This document shows, piece by piece, positions 59,085 to 64,000 of a DNA stretch of 64,000 nt. The notes beneath the pieces are model-generated. The model saw only the letters and a program-made list of their open reading frames with translations, had not been told where the DNA came from and searched no databases. Position 1 is the stretch's first letter. Every line of letters starts with the position of its first letter. Location of the stretch: the NCBI RefSeq assembly GCF_004010195.1, contig NC_057720.1:33956782-34020781 (forward strand), in the 5' to 3' direction. Source of the stretch: Chiloscyllium plagiosum. Lineage: Eukaryota. Both the position numbers and the translations under genes were made by a program.

Positions 59085-59690
59085 AATACTGCATTCAGTT
59101 ATATTCGCACTTCTATAGGAAAAATATGAAACTTGAAAGGGTTCAGAAAAGGTTTACAAGGATGTTGCCGGGTCTGGGGGAGTTTGAGTCATAGAGGCTG
59201 TATAGGCTCGGGCTTTCTTCCCTCGGAGACTGAGGGGAGGACCTTATAGAAGTTTATACAATCACGCATAGCATGGTTAGGGTGAATAGCCAAGGTCTTT
59301 TTCCCAGGGTAGGTGGTTCAAAACTGGAGGGCATTCGTTTAAGGTGAGAGGGGAAAGATTTAAAAGTGACCTAAAGGGCAGTGTTTTCACACAGAGGGTG
59401 GTGTGAAGATTCCTTTTCGCAGGGTAGAAATGTCAATTACGAGGGGACATGGGTTTAAGGTGAGCGAGGGAAAACTTAAAAGATGTGAGAGGTAAGTTTT
59501 TTTGCACAGAGGTTGCTAAGAGCCTGGAATGCACTACCAGAGGAGGTGGTAGAAGCTGATATGTTCAGTGTCATTTTGACAGGTTCGAGACCACATAGAG
59601 GCAATGGTTTTTATTTTAGAAAGATATCATGTGTCAACATAATCTTGGTGGGCCGAAGGGCCTGTTCCTGTGCTGGAATGTTCCTAGCTC
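59085..59690 (+). mobile_element. CR1-clade LINE 3' fragments (two joined pieces)
   Basis: LERVQKRFTRMLPGL-coding sequence; the gggcat..gtttaaggtgag segment occurs twice. Confidence 0.78.
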
Positions 59691-61009
59691 TTTGTTTAAG
59701 CCTCGATTCCCTTACCATTTAAAAACCTCTGCCTTGAATAGACTTAATGACCCATTTTGTACAGTCCATTATACCAAAGAATTTCAAAGATTTCTTCTGA
59801 GAGAAGGAATTCTTCCTCATCTCTGCCTTAAGCATGCAACACCTTATTCTGAGATTATGGCCTCAGGTCCTAAACTCTCCCTCATTGCTTATTGGTTATT
59901 TGATAAAATATCATTGGATACACCATTTGGAAAATGGATTATTGAGTTATTGTATCCACTTATTTGAACTTCAATTCTGTAGCAATCTTCTGTAATTAAA
60001 ACAGAAGACACTGGAAATACATAAATCCATTAGAATCTAAAGGCGGGGGGGATGCAATTTAATCTTCTTAAAATCTATTTTGTCAAGCATAGACAATCTA
60101 GATTATTTCTACTTTGTGAATTGGAAAAACATGATCATTTATTAAAACAACGTTGCCACTGTAAATTATAATTGTCTTGATATACAAGCAGGCAGAGCCC
60201 AGTGTTATTCTGTTTTCACCAAAACTAAACTTGGTCCAATCTTTGGCGTTGATTTTCTGAGGCTGTCTACAGTGAACCCAATCAGCAGAGGGAAGCAGAT
60301 GTACACTCACCCGGATAGAAACTGCTATGTTTTGTCACAGTTGTAGCATTAACAGCTGTCAAGTGGGAGCCTATTCAGCAGACTGTGAATTCATGCTCCG
60401 TGAAGAAGAGAAATTGCAAGCATAACCTGAATTCAATGCCTGTTTTGCCATTTTTTATTCTTGATCATTTTTAGGATGAGCAGTCACACAAATGTCATGC
60501 TGAAAAAGGATTGAATTGTGATTTGTGCGTATATACTTTTAAAAATAACTTTCTCTGCATATAACCATAGGAATGTCAGCTGTTTCTAAGAATACTACTT
60601 TCCAAGGGCAAGCAATTTAATGGAAAAATAGCCGTTTCACATACTAAAAGTGAAAGAAATACTTACAGGTTCCTCTGATAATGGTACTGAGATGTCAACA
60701 GTGCCTGTAATGTTTAAATATTGCTATATCATCATGCATACACTTTCAAACAATGTCACAAAACATCTTTAAAGCCTTACATCTGCTCTGACTGCCTTGT
60801 CATTGCTTCATGGAATCAATCGCAATAGAAGATGGCCATTTGGTTATCCATCATCTGCTAGATTTCTGAAATACCTTTCCACTGGGTCCCACTCCCCTGT
60901 TCTTTCCCCAATTCCCTTCCAAAAGCTCCTATTAAATCCTTTGACTAAGGGAACAAGCTGCTTTCAATCCACCTTGCTCATGTCCCTCATGATCAACCCT
61001 ACCCTGTTC

Positions 61010-61475
61010 TGAAGAAAACTTCTATAGAAAGGATGTTGTTAAACCTAAGGGTGCAGAAAAGATTTATAAGTATGTTGCAGGGATTGGAGGGAGAGGCTGA
61101 ATAGGCTAAGGCTTTTTCGCATGGCACATCGGAGGCTGAGGGGTGACTTTCTGGAGGTTTATGAAATCATGAAGGGCATGGGTAGGGAAGTCCAGAACTA
61201 GAGGGCAAAGGTTTAAGGTGAGAGGGGGAAGATTTTAATAGAACCTAGGGGGTAATGTTTTCATGCAGAAGGTGGTATAGCATGAGCTGTCAGAGGAAGT
61301 GGTGGAGGCAGGTACAATTACAACATTTAAAAGATAAATGATGGATAAATGGATAGAAAGGGTTTAGAGGAATATAGGCCAAATGCTGACAAATGGGACT
61401 AGGTCAGATGTCTGATCAGCGTAGACAAGTTGGACAGTAGGGTTTGTTTCCGTGCTGTTTGACTTTATGACTGTA
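61010..61475 (+). mobile_element. CR1-clade LINE 3' fragment
   Basis: Homologous to 43250-43724; tail gactttatgact. Confidence 0.82.
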
Positions 61476-61591
61476 AATCTGCACCTTTTCAGAGAGCAAT
61501 TTCTCCACCTATTCTCTCTCTTATCACTGTTGTCATTTTCTTCCTTGCTAATCATTATTCACATTGTATTTAAACCATTATAACCAACAAC

Positions 61592-61911
61592 AGGGTGGCA
61601 TGGTAGCTCACTGCTACCTCACAGCACCAAGGACACGGGTTCTGTCTGTGTGGAGTTTGCACATTCTCCCTGTGACTACATGGATTTTCTCCAGGTGTTC
61701 CACTTGCCTCCTACAGTCCAAAGATGTGAAGGTTGGGTGGATTGGCCAGCTGAAATTGTCCATTGTATTCAGGGATGTGCAGGGTAGTTGGATTAGCCAT
61801 GGGAAATATGATAGGTTAAGGGTCTGGGTCTGGGTAGGATGCTGTTTGGAGGGTCGGTGTGGACTCAATGGGCTGAATGACCTCGTCTAGCATTGTAGGG
61901 ATTCTATGATT
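61592..61911 (+). mobile_element. HE1-like SINE, older, with head deletion
   Basis: Body homologous to 34484-34838; tail ggattctatgatt. Confidence 0.82.
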
Positions 61912-62079
61912 CAATCGACGTTTGGGTGGTTTTACTAATTAATTTGTTCAAGTTTAATCTGGGACCTATATGTAGTATATTATATATCTGTGACAGTTTA
62001 CTCTCGGGTATATATCTATGTAGTTCTAAATTAACTGCAACTATATGTTCACAAGCGTGATTTTCCTTACATCCATACC

Positions 62080-64000
62080 CTAGATGTTCCAGGGTTTAGA
62101 ACATTTAAAAAAAACAGGGAAGGTGGAAAAAGAGTAGGAGGTGTAGCTTTGCTAATTAGAGAGTGCATCACAGCTACAGAAACAAAGGTTGTCAAGGAAG
62201 GTTGTCTACTGAGTCACTTTGGGTGGAAGTTAGGAACAGCAAGGGTTTTCTACAGACCCCCTAATAGCAGTAGAGAGATTGAACAACTCAGGCTGGAAGA
62301 GGAGCTTCTTGTCAAAAGGAAGAAGGCAGCTTACGTAAGGTGGAGGAAGCAAGGCTCTAGCACAGCTTTAGAGGATTACAGGCTTACTAGAAAGGAGCTC
62401 AGAAATGGACAAGAGAGCCAGTAGGGGGCACAAAAAAGGCTTAGCAGGAAAGATTACGGATAACCCAAAGACATTTTATTCATGCATGAGGAATAAGAGA
62501 ATGATCAAGGAAAAGGTAGGGTCAGTCAAGGATAGCATAGGGGCCTTGTACTTGGAGTCTGTGCAGATAGAGGAAGCCCTAAATGAGGTTTTTGCATTGG
62601 TTTTCACAAGGGAAAAGGATTTTGTTGTGAATGATAACTTTGAGGAGCTGGAAACAGGATGAAAAGATCAAGATTGATGAAGTTGATGTACTGGAAATTT
62701 TGGCAAGCATTAAGATTGATACTGGCCAGCGCCAGACCAGATTTATCCTAGACTGCTCCGGGAAGCGAGAAAGGAAGATGCTAAGCCACTGGCGAAAATC
62801 TTTGCTTCATCACTCTCCAAGGGAGTCGTACCGGAGGATCGGAGGGAGGTGAATGTTGTTCTTCTTTTCAAGAAGTGGAATAGGGAAACCCCTGGCAATT
62901 ACAGACCAGTCAGTCTTATGTCTGTGGTCAGCAAAGTTTTGGAAAGAATTCTGAGGAATAGGATTTTCGACTATTTGGAAAAGCATAGCATGATTAAAGG
63001 CAGTCAGCTTGGGTTTGTGAGGGGCAGGTCCTGCCTCATGAATCTTATTGGCTCTCTGAGGAAGTGATGAGACAGGTCGATGAAGGTGGAGCAGTAGATG
63101 TGGTGTATATGGACTTCAGCAAGGCATTTGATAAGATTCCCCATTGTAGGCTCCTTCATAAAGTCAGGAAGTATGGGATACAGGGAGATTTGGCTGTCTG
63201 GATTCAGAATTGGCTGGCTGACAGAAGGCAGAGAGTGATTGTAGATGGAAAATATTCTGGTTGGAGGTCAGTGGTGAGTGGTGTCCCGCAGGGCTCTGTT
63301 CTTGGGCCTCTGCTCTTTGTAGTTTTTATTAATTACTTGATGAGGAGGTTGAGGGATGGGTTAGTAAATTTGCCATTGACGCAAAGGTTGGAGGTGCCTT
63401 CGATAGTATTGAGGGCTATTGCATGTTGCAATGCGACATAAACAGGATGCAGAGCTGGGCTGAGAAATGGCAGATGGAGTTCAACCTGGATAAATACAAA
63501 GTGATGCATTTTGGAAAGTCGAACTTGAATGCTGAATATAGGATTAAAGACAGGATTCTTGGCAGTGTGGAGGAACAGAGGGATCTTGGTATTCAAGTGC
63601 ATAGATCCCTCAGCATTGCCACCCAAGTGGATAGGGTTGTTAAGAAAGCATATGGTGTTTTGGCTTTCATTAGCAGGGGGATTGAGCTTAAGAGCCGTGA
63701 GGTTTTGCTGCAACTCTACAAGTCCCTGGTGAGACCACACTTGGAGTAATGTGCCCAGTTCTGGTCGCCCTATTATAGGAAAGATATGGAGGCTTTGGAG
63801 AGGGTGCAGAGGAGGTTTACCAGGATGCTGCCCAGACTGGAGGGCTTGTCTTACTAAGAGAGGTTGACAAAGCTCAGACTTTTCTCTCTGGGGAGAAGGA
63901 GGAAGAGAGGTGAACTGATCAAGGTATACAAGGTAATGAGAGGCATGGATTGGAGTCAATAGCCAGAGACTTTTCCCCAGGTCAGGATTGACTGGCACGA
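62080..64000 (+). mobile_element. CR1-clade LINE ORF2 (internally deleted), running off the window end
   Basis: FYRPPNS, PGNYRPVSLMSVVSKVLE, YMDFSKAFDKIPH, SGVPQGSVLGPLLF, LYKSLVRPHLE; frameshifts and stops. Confidence 0.93.

Overview
Vertebrate genomic DNA. The repeat families (HE1-type tRNA SINEs, CR1-clade LINEs, Penelope-like elements) point to a shark or other cartilaginous fish; this is inference from repeat content. The only host coding sequence I can support is two internal exons of a beta-1,4-galactosyltransferase, best match B4GALT2 (+ strand, 2744-2931 and 29599-29721). They are separated by a 26.7-kb intron, and no next exon is visible in the remaining 34 kb. The rest is intronic and repeat-rich: one near-full-length CR1 LINE and many fragments, six HE1-like SINEs, three decayed Penelope-like retroelements (PLEs, RT + GIY-YIG), about ten small PLE-derived insertions mostly with 8-17 bp target-site duplications (TSDs), decayed Harbinger-type Myb/SANT fossils, an ~8.7-kb G-rich 30-bp minisatellite and two assembly gaps. 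The most interesting signals are: (1) minimal hammerhead ribozyme motifs in three PLE families, several intact and some on the B4GALT2 pre-mRNA strand; (2) TSD-flanked fold-back mini-elements carrying a ribozyme on each strand; (3) a tandem array built from reiterated copies of a short PLE RT-coding segment; (4) the minisatellite appears to sit inside a unit ending in a LINE-type 3' tail, suggesting a VNTR-containing composite retroelement. Repeat boundaries were read by eye and are approximate unless a TSD is quoted.
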